Shown here one piece after another: positions 24,737 through 35,702 of a DNA stretch of 64,000 bases. Numbering within the stretch: the stretch's first letter is position 1; each line of letters opens with the position of its first letter. Made by a program: the position numbers and the translations under genes. The DNA is from a virus. The DNA is taken from the IMG/VR virus record IMGVR_UViG_3300045988_174371, positions 192,001-256,000 of that record; one strand, 5' to 3'. Below the pieces are notes generated by a model. The model was not told the DNA's origin, searched no databases, and was given only the letters and a program-made list of their open reading frames with translations.

Positions 24737-27283
24737 GTGGCTATGTCAGCAGTACGTGATGAAGACGCGGTTATGGTTCCGGTGGAGCCTGAGTCCGCGT
24801 CTGTTTTTGTGCCTGTAAACTCTGCCAAGGCGTTCACGGGTGACTCACTGTATCTGCGTGCCCGCCGTGAGGCTGTCCTTGCTCATGCTGAGAATAGGCG
24901 TGAGCAGGGTGCTGGTTATAGCCCGTACAGTGTCGTGGACTCTGACGGGTGCCTACTTCCTGAGAACGTTTCTGCTGAAGATGCTTTTGGAATGTATGTT
25001 GAGCGTGAGGCGTGGGTTCTGCCGCTTGCTTATGTGCATGGCGGTTTGCCGGTGTCTGCGCGTTCTGTTTCGGCTGGCTCTGCGTTTAATGAGCAGGGCG
25101 TGTGGGAGCGTTCTTCGTTGGCGCGTGTCGTTCAGCATGTGCCCTCTCCTGTTCTTGGGCTGAGTGGCGTTGAGTTGCTGGAGATGCCTTCGGGTGTGAT
25201 GGCGCGTCGTGCTTTGGCGTTTATTGCTTCACGTGTTCTGGAGACTGGTGCACGTGAGTTTGTTGTGCCTTCTCAGCCGCGTGCTTTGGCGCGTGTTGCT
25301 GGTGTTCCGGCGCTTTCTGCTGACGGGTATCGCCGGTTTGCTGAGGTGTTCCGTATGTGCCTTGGATTGAGGACTGCTGTTTATGACCGTGCGGCTGATG
25401 GTGGGCGTGGGGAGCTTCTTCATGCGTTCAGTGTTGGCGCGGATGTCTCTGACTCTTCGATGGGTATCATGTACAGCTTGGAGGGTAACGACTCTGGGTT
25501 CGCTGTGGTACGTGTTTCGGATGAGTTCTTTGATTACGTGAGCGGTAGCAATGTTGTGGCTATCCCTGCGTCTATGTGGGGTAGCCGGGTTGTGCGTTCT
25601 TCTGCTGTGGCGTTGGATGTTTTGGCGCTAGTTTTGGCGCGAGCTTCTGCCATGCGTGGCTCTTCTAAGGGCGGTAAGGCTTGGGTTGCTTGGTCGCATC
25701 TGGCGCGTCAGTTCGCTGTGTTCTCTTCCTCTGTACACAAGATGCATAGTGTGTACCGTAACGCGGTGAATGCTGTGCGTTCGCTGTTCGTACTGGAAGG
25801 CTCTGAGGACGTTGTTTCTCTTGTTGGTGGTAAGGGTAAGCGTGGTTTCTCTGGTTTCATGATTCAGGCGTACCGTTCTGCCCTGAAAGTTCTGCGCCCT
25901 CACGCCGTGAAGGTGGGCGATACGCTCTCTAAGCAGGTGCGTGGCGATGTTCAGAGGGAGACTTTGAATGAGTCTGCCGCTAAGGGTGAGCAGGTGCTTA
26001 TCCCTATCCGTGCACCCCGCAAGGGTAACATTTACCGTGCTGTAGACCTTGACCTGCTCTCTACCAAGATGAGCGGTAAGCTGGGCATTTACTTGCCTGC
26101 AATTAGCGAAGAATGGGAGCGTATTGTTGATACTGTTATCGACAGGTACGCCGCTTCCGCGCGCAACGGCAACCTCAAGAAGGTGAACAGCTGGCAGGCG
26201 TATGTTGAAGCGTCTATTAAGAACCAGCCCGCCCTCATGGACACCCCGAAGGAAGCGTCCACCCCTGTACGCCCCTCTCGCGCAATCCAGACCCCGAAGG
26301 TAACCGAAGACACTACCACTACCGAAAAGGCTGTCCAGGAGCCGCATGTAGCCGCTGACGGTCTACCGCGCCGCAACAGCGAGCAGACCCCGAAGACTTC
26401 CGCCGCTAAGCGTAAGGACAGCAACTTCGGTGCACCCTCACCCGTCTACATGTCCGAAGCGTTGGTGAAGAACTCCACCGTGAACACTTTCGACCTTCTC
26501 GATGAGAACTTCCTCAAGCAGTACATGAACGAAGACTGCATCATCACCCTTGACGTGGACACCCCCGAGTACTACGCATACTCTGACGCGCTACAGGCAG
26601 GAGCCGTGCCCGTAAATAACTACGAGCAGTGGAAGAAGGGCGTAAAGTTCCCCCCTGTCCGCGTGAAGCTCCCCTCCGGCGGCTACACCTACCTGAACGC
26701 CGGTAGCCGCTACACCAAGGGCGACGAATACTACTGCCGCGTCCTCCTCACCGAAGACTTCAGCAAGGACATCAAACGCACTATCTCCAACATCCGTGGA
26801 GACCGCCCTGTCACCCCCACCGAAGTTCCCATCCCCCCCGCGCCCGCCCCGGTTGCCCCTGTAGCGACTCCTGCACCCGTAACTCAGGTAGCAGAAACCA
26901 TTCCTCCGCGCCCTGAGTCGAAAAAGGAAGAGTCTGCTCCGGTATCTGAGCCTGCCGCACCCAAGAAGCGGAAGATTTGCTCCAACATGCCTAAGCATGT
27001 CGCTGAATCCCTCGCACCCTGGGACAAGGTGGACGCACACTACACCTACGTAGACGCGGAAGAAACCCTCGACGGCTACCTTGCGAACTTCAACGCTGAC
27101 CCGCTAGAGGCTGAAGTCATCAATGAGGCATCCCTGCCGCCTGTGGCTAACGAGGAGGAAGCAGAAGCTCGCGCCGCTATTCTGAAGTGGATTAACAACT
27201 CGAAGGACAGGAAGCCCCTACTGGATAGCATTATGAACCCCGCTCCTGAGCCTGACGACGAGTACCCCATCCTCAAGTACTAG
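24737..27283 (+). CDS. candidate plasmid-type replication initiator (RepA/TrfA-like winged-helix N-terminal half) with long Pro-rich C-terminal half
   Basis: Pattern similarity only: GVMARRALAFIASRVLETGAREFVVPSQPRALARVAGVPALSADGYRRFAEVFRMCLGLRTAVYD, then SAVALDVLALVLARAS...KAWVAWSHLARQFAVFSSS...YRNAVNAVRSL. Sits immediately downstream of the iteron-like tract. GTG start with a GGAGG SD. Confidence 0.4.
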   Translation: MAMSAVRDEDAVMVPVEPESASVFVPVNSAKAFTGDSLYLRARREAVLAHAENRREQGAGYSPYSVVDSDGCLLPENVSAEDAFGMYVEREAWVLPLAYVHGGLPVSARSVSAGSAFNEQGVWERSSLARVVQHVPSPVLGLSGVELLEMPSGVMARRALAFIASRVLETGAREFVVPSQPRALARVAGVPALSADGYRRFAEVFRMCLGLRTAVYDRAADGGRGELLHAFSVGADVSDSSMGIMYSLEGNDSGFAVVRVSDEFFDYVSGSNVVAIPASMWGSRVVRSSAVALDVLALVLARASAMRGSSKGGKAWVAWSHLARQFAVFSSSVHKMHSVYRNAVNAVRSLFVLEGSEDVVSLVGGKGKRGFSGFMIQAYRSALKVLRPHAVKVGDTLSKQVRGDVQRETLNESAAKGEQVLIPIRAPRKGNIYRAVDLDLLSTKMSGKLGIYLPAISEEWERIVDTVIDRYAASARNGNLKKVNSWQAYVEASIKNQPALMDTPKEASTPVRPSRAIQTPKVTEDTTTTEKAVQEPHVAADGLPRRNSEQTPKTSAAKRKDSNFGAPSPVYMSEALVKNSTVNTFDLLDENFLKQYMNEDCIITLDVDTPEYYAYSDALQAGAVPVNNYEQWKKGVKFPPVRVKLPSGGYTYLNAGSRYTKGDEYYCRVLLTEDFSKDIKRTISNIRGDRPVTPTEVPIPPAPAPVAPVATPAPVTQVAETIPPRPESKKEESAPVSEPAAPKKRKICSNMPKHVAESLAPWDKVDAHYTYVDAEETLDGYLANFNADPLEAEVINEASLPPVANEEEAEARAAILKWINNSKDRKPLLDSIMNPAPEPDDEYPILKY

Positions 27284-27292
27284 GCAGAGGCA

Positions 27293-27337
27293 CAGAAAAC
27301 CCCACCCACGCTTTCTATACGTGGGTGGGGTTTTCTG
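27293..27337 (+). terminator. intrinsic terminator (18-bp stem plus T-tract)
   Basis: CAGAAAACCCCACCCACG-9 nt-CGTGGGTGGGGTTTTCTG followed by TTG. Begins 10 nt after the stop at 27283. Confidence 0.75.
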
Positions 27338-27382
27338 TTGAGCCACGTACTGAAGGTATGCTCAGCTCAGGTTGGAGAAACA

Positions 27383-27421
27383 CTTACGCCCCCAAACCTT
27401 AGGAAGGCTTGAGGGCGTAAG
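27383..27421 (-). terminator. candidate terminator downstream of the rpf-like gene
   Basis: CTTACGCCC-21 nt-GGGCGTAAG. Lies ~80 nt after the stop at 27499. Confidence 0.3.
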
Positions 27422-27498
27422 CTGTGAGAAGGCGGGGCACTCAACCCCTACCCAAACAATAGTTAAGCTATTGTCAGCTGTGTAATTATTATTCTACA

Positions 27499-28281
27499 CT
27501 AGCTTCCCGGAATGGTCAAGACCTGACCCGGAAAAATAAGATTCACATCGTAAATCACATCCACATTAGCGTCCGCAATAGCCTGATAGCCGCCTGCAAC
27601 ACCCAAACGGCTTGCAATGAGCGATAGCGTATCACCAGCAACAACCTGGTACGTGGAAGAAGCCGCAACCGGAGCCTTCACAGGGGCAACGGCAGGAGCC
27701 GGAGCCTCAGTAGCAACCGGGGCGACCGGAGCAGACTCAACAGCCGCAGTAGAAGCCGCATCTGCCGAAACAGCAGGAGCCTCAACAACAGGGGTAACTG
27801 GAGTAGCTACAGCAGGAGCCGCCGGAACGGTGGCAGGAGCCGGAGCTACCGGAGTCTGCACAGTGCCCTGAGGAGCAACTACCGTAGAAGTAGTAGCCGC
27901 CGGAGCAGACTGAACTGCACCAGAGTTAGAGTAGGTGGGGGTTGCCGCGCCAGACAAACCGTACTTGGCAGTACAAGCGGGCCATGCGCCCCAACCCTGC
28001 AAAGCTAGAAGACGCTCACCAGCTTCAATCTGAGCCTCCTTGGAAGCGGTGTGCGGAGAACCGCTCATACCTACACCATTCCAAGACTGCTGAGTGAACT
28101 GCAAACCGCCATAGAAACCGTTACCAGTATTGATAGACCAGTTACCACCCGACTCACACTGAGCGAGCTTTTCCCACGTAGCAAGGTCAGCGGCATTAGC
28201 CGAAGGAACCGCAAGTGCCCCAACGGAAAGACCACCAAGTGCAAGAGCTACAGCGGTACGACGAATGGAAGTGTTCTTCAT
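27499..28281 (-). CDS. rpf: resuscitation-promoting-factor (Rpf) transglycosylase-like domain protein with C-terminal LysM
   Basis: Signal peptide. Rpf core WEKLAQCESGGNWSINTGNGFYGGLQFTQQSWNGVG...EAQIEAGERLLALQGWGAWPAC. An Ala/Pro/Val-rich linker. LysM YQVVAGDTLSLIASRLGV...NLIFPGQVLTIPG. Confidence 0.85.
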   Translation of the reverse strand: MKNTSIRRTAVALALGGLSVGALAVPSANAADLATWEKLAQCESGGNWSINTGNGFYGGLQFTQQSWNGVGMSGSPHTASKEAQIEAGERLLALQGWGAWPACTAKYGLSGAATPTYSNSGAVQSAPAATTSTVVAPQGTVQTPVAPAPATVPAAPAVATPVTPVVEAPAVSADAASTAAVESAPVAPVATEAPAPAVAPVKAPVAASSTYQVVAGDTLSLIASRLGVAGGYQAIADANVDVIYDVNLIFPGQVLTIPGS

Positions 28282-28620
28282 AATACTCCTTAGGGGTGCC
28301 CTCGCTCGCCCCGTCCCCAGGGCTCAAACGCGCCTCCGCCCGCCCCTCTTTGTTAAAGTGGGCTAAGTTTCTAGTTCAGCTTCGTGGGCGGCTCATCACC
28401 CCATCAAAATCACCTTTGAACAGTACCAGCCGTAAAGCGCGTGCTCTCAGCTAACACTAAGGTGACCATCCGGCGTGAGGGCGTGAAGAAGAACCGGGCA
28501 CCTTCACCATCTAACCAAACGGTATGTGGCGAAGATACGAGTAACTGCTAGTCAAAGCGGTTACCAGAAAACATGATACCTGGGTTACCTGCTAGAGGCA
28601 ACCCAGCTCTACACATATAG

Positions 28621-28657
28621 CAAACGCCGGAAGCTCACAGGGAACTCCCAGCGTTTG
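28621..28657 (-). terminator. candidate terminator downstream of ligA
   Basis: On the minus strand, CAAACGCUGG-17 nt-CCGGCGUUUG, a 10-bp stem including one G-U pair. Lies 36 nt after the ligA stop. The U-tract is weak. Confidence 0.35.
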
Positions 28658-28692
28658 AAGGTTCAAGTTTTTTCGGTGTGCCACGCGCCTGC

Positions 28693-30831
<2,139 letters not shown>

Positions 30832-30860
30832 CTATCCTACAAACCTCCTTCATAAATGCT

Positions 30861-30900
30861 GATGGTTCCCCGGCACTCCTAAAAGCACCAGGGAACCATC
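30861..30900 (-). terminator. candidate terminator (10-bp stem)
   Basis: GATGGTTCCC-20 nt-GGGAACCATC, 13 nt after the stop at 30913. Confidence 0.4.
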
Positions 30901-30912
30901 ACAAAACAATAC

Positions 30913-31842
30913 TTAGCCCAACACTCCAGCAGGAACCCTATCCACCCAACCAGAGCCAGAGAAGGCACCGGCGGGCAACCCGCAAGCAGACTCCAAAGCG
31001 CGAGCATACTCACGCCCCCTCAGCCTAGCAGACCGTGCGACATGAAGCATAGCCTGCACATCATTACGGGAATACGCCGCCCGCATCTTACGAACACACA
31101 TCTCCACATAATCATTAACATTGGGCTTCGGCGGCTCCACCCTAAAATCAAGCACCCTCACAAGCTCACAAGGAACCGGCGAACCTACCTGACCAGTAAA
31201 CGTCTTCATCACATGCCAAGCATCTACAGCCCACACCTGAGCCGTAGAGCCATCAGGAAGCTTCACCGGCACCTTCTTAGCGAAGCCACGGTCAATAACC
31301 CACTGACGCGGCTTCCCCAACTTCCGTTCCCGAGAACCACACGGCTGTTCACGGTCAATATGGAACCACCAACCACCATCAGCCATAAGCGCCCTAAAAG
31401 CCCCCGGCGACAAGTGAAAATAAGGTGCAATCATATGGGGCAACACAAATACGCCAGGCTTAACATTCGCAGGAATGGTCTGGTTCACTGGAATACGCTT
31501 CACATGCACCGGCGAGTTTACTTGCAGAACACGCAACAGCTCCTTCATGTTCCACAACTGCTGGCGGTCACAGAAAGCAACAATCTGAGAACGGCTCATC
31601 TTCTCAGTCGTCTTACCGCCCGCAAGGTAACCGCCACGGGTTAGTGCGGCAAGAACCTCATCCCGCCCAATGTTGAAGCCAGCGACCGCCTGCTGAGGCG
31701 GCAAATACATCGGCTTAGCCCCCGAAGTATGCAAAGCAATCGGCGTAGGAAGGGTCTTCACCTGCAACTCACGCTGAGACTTAGTGCGCATATAGAATCT
31801 CCTCAATGTCTTTAATAACGAGTTATGGCAACTTCCAAACAA
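30913..31842 (-). CDS. hypothetical protein (309 aa; probable start at MRTKSQ)
   Basis: ORF co-oriented with its neighbours. No motif recognised. Confidence 0.45.
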   Translation of the reverse strand: MFGSCHNSLLKTLRRFYMRTKSQRELQVKTLPTPIALHTSGAKPMYLPPQQAVAGFNIGRDEVLAALTRGGYLAGGKTTEKMSRSQIVAFCDRQQLWNMKELLRVLQVNSPVHVKRIPVNQTIPANVKPGVFVLPHMIAPYFHLSPGAFRALMADGGWWFHIDREQPCGSRERKLGKPRQWVIDRGFAKKVPVKLPDGSTAQVWAVDAWHVMKTFTGQVGSPVPCELVRVLDFRVEPPKPNVNDYVEMCVRKMRAAYSRNDVQAMLHVARSARLRGREYARALESACGLPAGAFSGSGWVDRVPAGVLG

Positions 31843-31887
31843 GCCCCCACATTTACAGACAATGGGACATTCACCAACCGCCGGTAT

Positions 31888-33807
31888 CTACGAGGTCTTG
31901 CTAGAAGAAAATACTCCCTCAATTATCGCATAAACCAGCTTGGAAAGCACACTAATCAGCAAGAAGACAGGAATGAGGACACCAGAAACCAACGAAGTCA
32001 TCACCACACCCAAAACGGTCTGGATAGGCGACTCAAAAGTCACCGCCCCATACCCATGAGACTTCACCTCACGAGCACGCTTCCACCACAGCCACAACCC
32101 ACTCAGAAACCTCACCAGCAAAGCAGAACAAGGAATCCCCCAAATGATACCCCTAAAACCAACAACAACAGCAGTCATATGCTCAGGCACCCCTTCAGGG
32201 AACAACGAAGTTACAGCCCAGGCGGTGATGCTAGGCGCGGCAAACCACCACCCCAAAGCAACAATCAAAGAAGCTAAGAGCGAGACCCACCAGATAGGCA
32301 CAGCCCTATAACTAGAAACCCACGGCATCGAACGAGGATTCTCAGCAGACAGAGCATCAAACGCAATACTGTACGAGCCGCCCTTCAAAAGCTCCATGAT
32401 AGGCGGGCGAGGTATCGAAGCGCCATCGTTATCAACAACCGCCAACCTACCCGAAATCTTCTCCAACTCAGGCGGCTCACCAGGCAACCTGCCGCCATTA
32501 GCAGACGCACCCTGCCCTGCCGCCGTATTACCCTGCTGAGGCGTAGCACCCTGATAAGCCTGACCCTGCGTGCCCTGACCAACGATTACCGGCGGAGCAA
32601 CTGTCTTCTTCATCGTCAGGGCAGACATTAGACTAGGCGGCTGTACACCAGGAGTCGCCTTCTTCGCCTTAGACTCACGCTTAGCCTGCTTCTTCTCAGC
32701 CTTCGCCAAAATAGCAGACATATCCTCAGCAGACTTATCCTCACCCCAAATGTCAGCATCCGGCTTGCGCGAAGCAAAACGGCACATAGGGCAAGAGGAA
32801 CCGTCACGCACATCCCACCAATGCAGAGGCGACACAGAGCACTGCTTTAAATTCACGTACCCGTCCGCGTCACGCGCGAACAGCCCATCGAAAACCTCGA
32901 TAACAGCATCAAACGTGGGGCGCTTCGCAGGGTCACCCGAAAGCCCCGCCCCAATCAAAGCATGAACCCTACTAGGGATAGCCTCATACTCCAAGTCATC
33001 AAGCTTTGAAAAGCCACGCGGCAACTTCGGAACAAAAGTCGGATACACACCCAAGTCGATAAGCTCGGTCACATCCTTATGCTCGCCTTTGTAATTACAA
33101 GCCGTGGGGTGCGCACGCCCCATCAACGCATTAAAGAGCATCACAACGAACGCATACATATCCGTAGCGACAGTGCGACGGTTACGCTCCTCCGCATAAC
33201 TGCCTTTACTAATCTCCGGCGCTGTAAACTCAGGCTTGCCAACTACACAAGGGTAGACAGTATTCCCTTCGCTAATCTGAACACTATCAGCGTCCACAAT
33301 GCGGACAGTAGCGTCCTTCGCAACCAGCACATTAGACTCATTCACATCGCCAACCATATGCCCGGCGGTGTGCACAGCGTCAATAGCCACAGCAAGGTTT
33401 CTAGCCATTAGCAAGGCGTGCATGACAGACCATTCAGGGAAACGCTTACGCCTATGGCGAGTATGGGCAACCTCCATAAAGCTACGGTAAACATCCATCT
33501 GAAGCTTCTTCATCAAGAAGCCCGCAAATTTACCCTCAGAATCATAAAGGTTCCCCAAATTCCACACAATCGAATCTGTCTGCGGAACACTACTGACCAT
33601 CGCCAAACACTTAGCTTCACGTGCCGCACGTTTACTCTCGTCCTGATGGTAAACCTTGCCCACCAAATCGCCAGCAGAACCCAACACAGACGAACCTACC
33701 GAAGCCACCCCATAAACAGAGCCTTCGCCGCCACGCCCAAGCGGTGAATCCTCCAGACGGACAGGGAAAGAACTCCCATCCGCCAAACGGACCGTATAGT
33801 TAGCCAC
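31888..33807 (-). CDS. Ser/Thr protein kinase-like protein with zinc ribbon and C-terminal multi-TM region (TerY-triad type)
   Basis: G-loop LGRGGEGSVYG and Lys in VGKVYH. Atypical catalytic loop GDVNESNVLV. Metal-binding IVDADS. APE-like FTAPE. CxxC ribbon (SSCPMCRF). A Gln/Gly/Ala/Pro-rich linker, then ~4 TM helices. Confidence 0.7.
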   Translation of the reverse strand: MANYTVRLADGSSFPVRLEDSPLGRGGEGSVYGVASVGSSVLGSAGDLVGKVYHQDESKRAAREAKCLAMVSSVPQTDSIVWNLGNLYDSEGKFAGFLMKKLQMDVYRSFMEVAHTRHRRKRFPEWSVMHALLMARNLAVAIDAVHTAGHMVGDVNESNVLVAKDATVRIVDADSVQISEGNTVYPCVVGKPEFTAPEISKGSYAEERNRRTVATDMYAFVVMLFNALMGRAHPTACNYKGEHKDVTELIDLGVYPTFVPKLPRGFSKLDDLEYEAIPSRVHALIGAGLSGDPAKRPTFDAVIEVFDGLFARDADGYVNLKQCSVSPLHWWDVRDGSSCPMCRFASRKPDADIWGEDKSAEDMSAILAKAEKKQAKRESKAKKATPGVQPPSLMSALTMKKTVAPPVIVGQGTQGQAYQGATPQQGNTAAGQGASANGGRLPGEPPELEKISGRLAVVDNDGASIPRPPIMELLKGGSYSIAFDALSAENPRSMPWVSSYRAVPIWWVSLLASLIVALGWWFAAPSITAWAVTSLFPEGVPEHMTAVVVGFRGIIWGIPCSALLVRFLSGLWLWWKRAREVKSHGYGAVTFESPIQTVLGVVMTSLVSGVLIPVFLLISVLSKLVYAIIEGVFSSSKTS

Positions 33808-33894
33808 AAATCACTCCAAAATACGAGAAACAAAACAAAGGGTGCCCACCCCGCCTACCAGATAGGCAGACCAGGCAGGCACCCTCCCAAAACA

Positions 33895-34779
33895 CTAATC
33901 GTCCAACTTCAACCTGAAGCCGTCAATGAACCCATAGTCACCAGGGACAATGACGAACTCATTAGACTCAGCTACCATACTCAAGCCACCCGCAGGCGGC
34001 TTATTCAAGCAACCAGCCATAACGAACGTCGTATCATCGTCCAAATACTTCTCACGCTCAAGATGCGCCAAGAAATCATCCGTATGAGTAGGCGAAAAAA
34101 GCACCAAATACAGAGGCGGCTCACCCGCCGCCCCCTCACGGAACAACGAATCCTCAAGCACCTCATCAGACTCAGCCGTAGCCGCCTTCACCAAAGGATT
34201 CTTCATCCCATCCGAAGCAACCATGCACCACGTAGCATTAGTACCACAAGAAGCAATCACACGCGGGTCATCCGACGTAGTAAACGTAGTAATGTTCGGG
34301 GCATCCCACATCTCAACATACGACTGATACTTAGGGGTGGAGCCCGCATAATCACCCGAGAGGACGAACGCATCACCAAGTGTCACATAAGCGAAGACCC
34401 CCTCGCAAAGAAGCGCCGCCGCAACGGTACAACCCATCTTGGCAGAATCCTTCGCCGCCCACACGGTATTCATCGCAACCGACAATACCGACAAAAGCTC
34501 ATCACGTAGCTTCAGCGCGTCAGCCTCACTCTCATCCGAAAGAGTGAAACGCTCCAGCACCGAACGCCCCTCAGAAACAATCGTGTCAGCAACTAGCCGA
34601 GCCCCTTCGCGGGACTTCGGCAAAGACCCCGCGCCGTCACAAGTAACAATAACGGCTCGACCAGCCTCATCATGCCAAGAACCATAAGCGTCCTGGTTGG
34701 TATCGTTGTCATGGTATACAGGCTTAGGGACAGACCTGCCCGAAATTAAACACCAGTCGTACAGAAAAGAATCAGTCAC
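33895..34779 (-). CDS. PP2C-family protein phosphatase
   Basis: VIVTCDGAGS and MVASDGMKNPL metal-binding Asp clusters, ~290 aa. Lies between the kinase and vWA genes. Confidence 0.6.
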   Translation of the reverse strand: MTDSFLYDWCLISGRSVPKPVYHDNDTNQDAYGSWHDEAGRAVIVTCDGAGSLPKSREGARLVADTIVSEGRSVLERFTLSDESEADALKLRDELLSVLSVAMNTVWAAKDSAKMGCTVAAALLCEGVFAYVTLGDAFVLSGDYAGSTPKYQSYVEMWDAPNITTFTTSDDPRVIASCGTNATWCMVASDGMKNPLVKAATAESDEVLEDSLFREGAAGEPPLYLVLFSPTHTDDFLAHLEREKYLDDDTTFVMAGCLNKPPAGGLSMVAESNEFVIVPGDYGFIDGFRLKLDD

Positions 34780-34831
34780 AGACCGCGCCTTCCAAAATCA
34801 ATCTCCAAAAACAGTTTAAGATGAGGATACC

Positions 34832-35638
34832 TTATGCCCCTGGCATAACCCAACCAGAAGCATCCGGGAAGGTCACCGATTCCGTAGTGCGAGACGCAGA
34901 GCGCTTCTGCATAGACTCAGAAACCCACTTAAAGAACTCAATCATATTCCCAGGGTTCAAAGCCACAGGCGGGACAGGTGCGGTGGGGTAGATAGATAGC
35001 GACTCTCGAATCTCAGCATCATACTTCTCCGAACCAGTCGAAATATAGATAGGAATGAACGTCCACTTACCATTAGGCGCAACCCTATCCCTCAACGCAG
35101 AGATAGCCGCCTGACGCATCGTAACATCCGTATCATAAACATCGTTATCGTCGTTACTCTGACCATCAGTGATAAGGAAAATCATAGGGGCATAATGGGG
35201 GACGCTATTGCCGTAATGCTTCAGCCTCTCCTCGATAGCATCAACAGCCGCGAGAATTGCCTTATTGGTCGAGGTGTACCCCATGTCCTTGAAGTCAAGC
35301 TTATTAAACTTAGCCTCCTCCTGAGTAGCACTATCGCACTCGCCAGGGGTAGCAAACATTGTGGCAGGCGCTACATCAGTACCATACATGATGTACGACA
35401 TATCGGCACGCTCTGAAGCAACTACATCCTCCAAAAGTTCCATCTGCAACAGCTCATGACCGCGCTTCAACTCGTCAATCATCGGGTAATCACCCATGAA
35501 CATAGAACGAGAGCAATCGTAAATCATCACCACAGGGCAACGCGGGTCGCGGTTCTTCACGAACTGCTTCCGGGCAATCTCCACCTTATCATTCGCATCA
35601 AGCAGAGCAATCTGTTCGTGTGCCATAAAGAAAACCAC
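34832..35638 (-). CDS. cytoplasmic von Willebrand factor A (TerY-like) protein
   Basis: MIDAS DxSxS (IYDCSRSM) and a distal LITDGQSNDD. No signal peptide or sorting signal. Confidence 0.7.
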   Translation of the reverse strand: MVFFMAHEQIALLDANDKVEIARKQFVKNRDPRCPVVMIYDCSRSMFMGDYPMIDELKRGHELLQMELLEDVVASERADMSYIMYGTDVAPATMFATPGECDSATQEEAKFNKLDFKDMGYTSTNKAILAAVDAIEERLKHYGNSVPHYAPMIFLITDGQSNDDNDVYDTDVTMRQAAISALRDRVAPNGKWTFIPIYISTGSEKYDAEIRESLSIYPTAPVPPVALNPGNMIEFFKWVSESMQKRSASRTTESVTFPDASGWVMPGA

Positions 35639-35702
35639 CTAACGGTCTAAAGAAGATACTCTCTAAAGACATAGCGTTAGGTGGTTCTTATCCGCCTGGA
35701 AA

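Noticed and set aside
25628-26424. Minus-strand ORFs 25628..26347 (239 aa) and 26089..26424 (111 aa)
   Set aside because: They are antisense to the 848-aa ORF, and are Arg/Leu/Gly-rich without motifs.
28282-28692. c-di-AMP (ydaO-type) riboswitch upstream of the rpf-like gene
   Set aside because: GGGGUGA and GGGGAC boxes are present on the correct strand but in the wrong order. The conserved 3' CAGCUAACCUCG element is absent there; a partial CAGCTAAC occurs only on the opposite strand. The call cannot be supported without a covariance-model search.
31042-31644. 200-aa plus-strand ORF
   Set aside because: It is antisense to 30913..31842. Its extreme H/R/T/L/P content reflects the A/C-rich plus strand.
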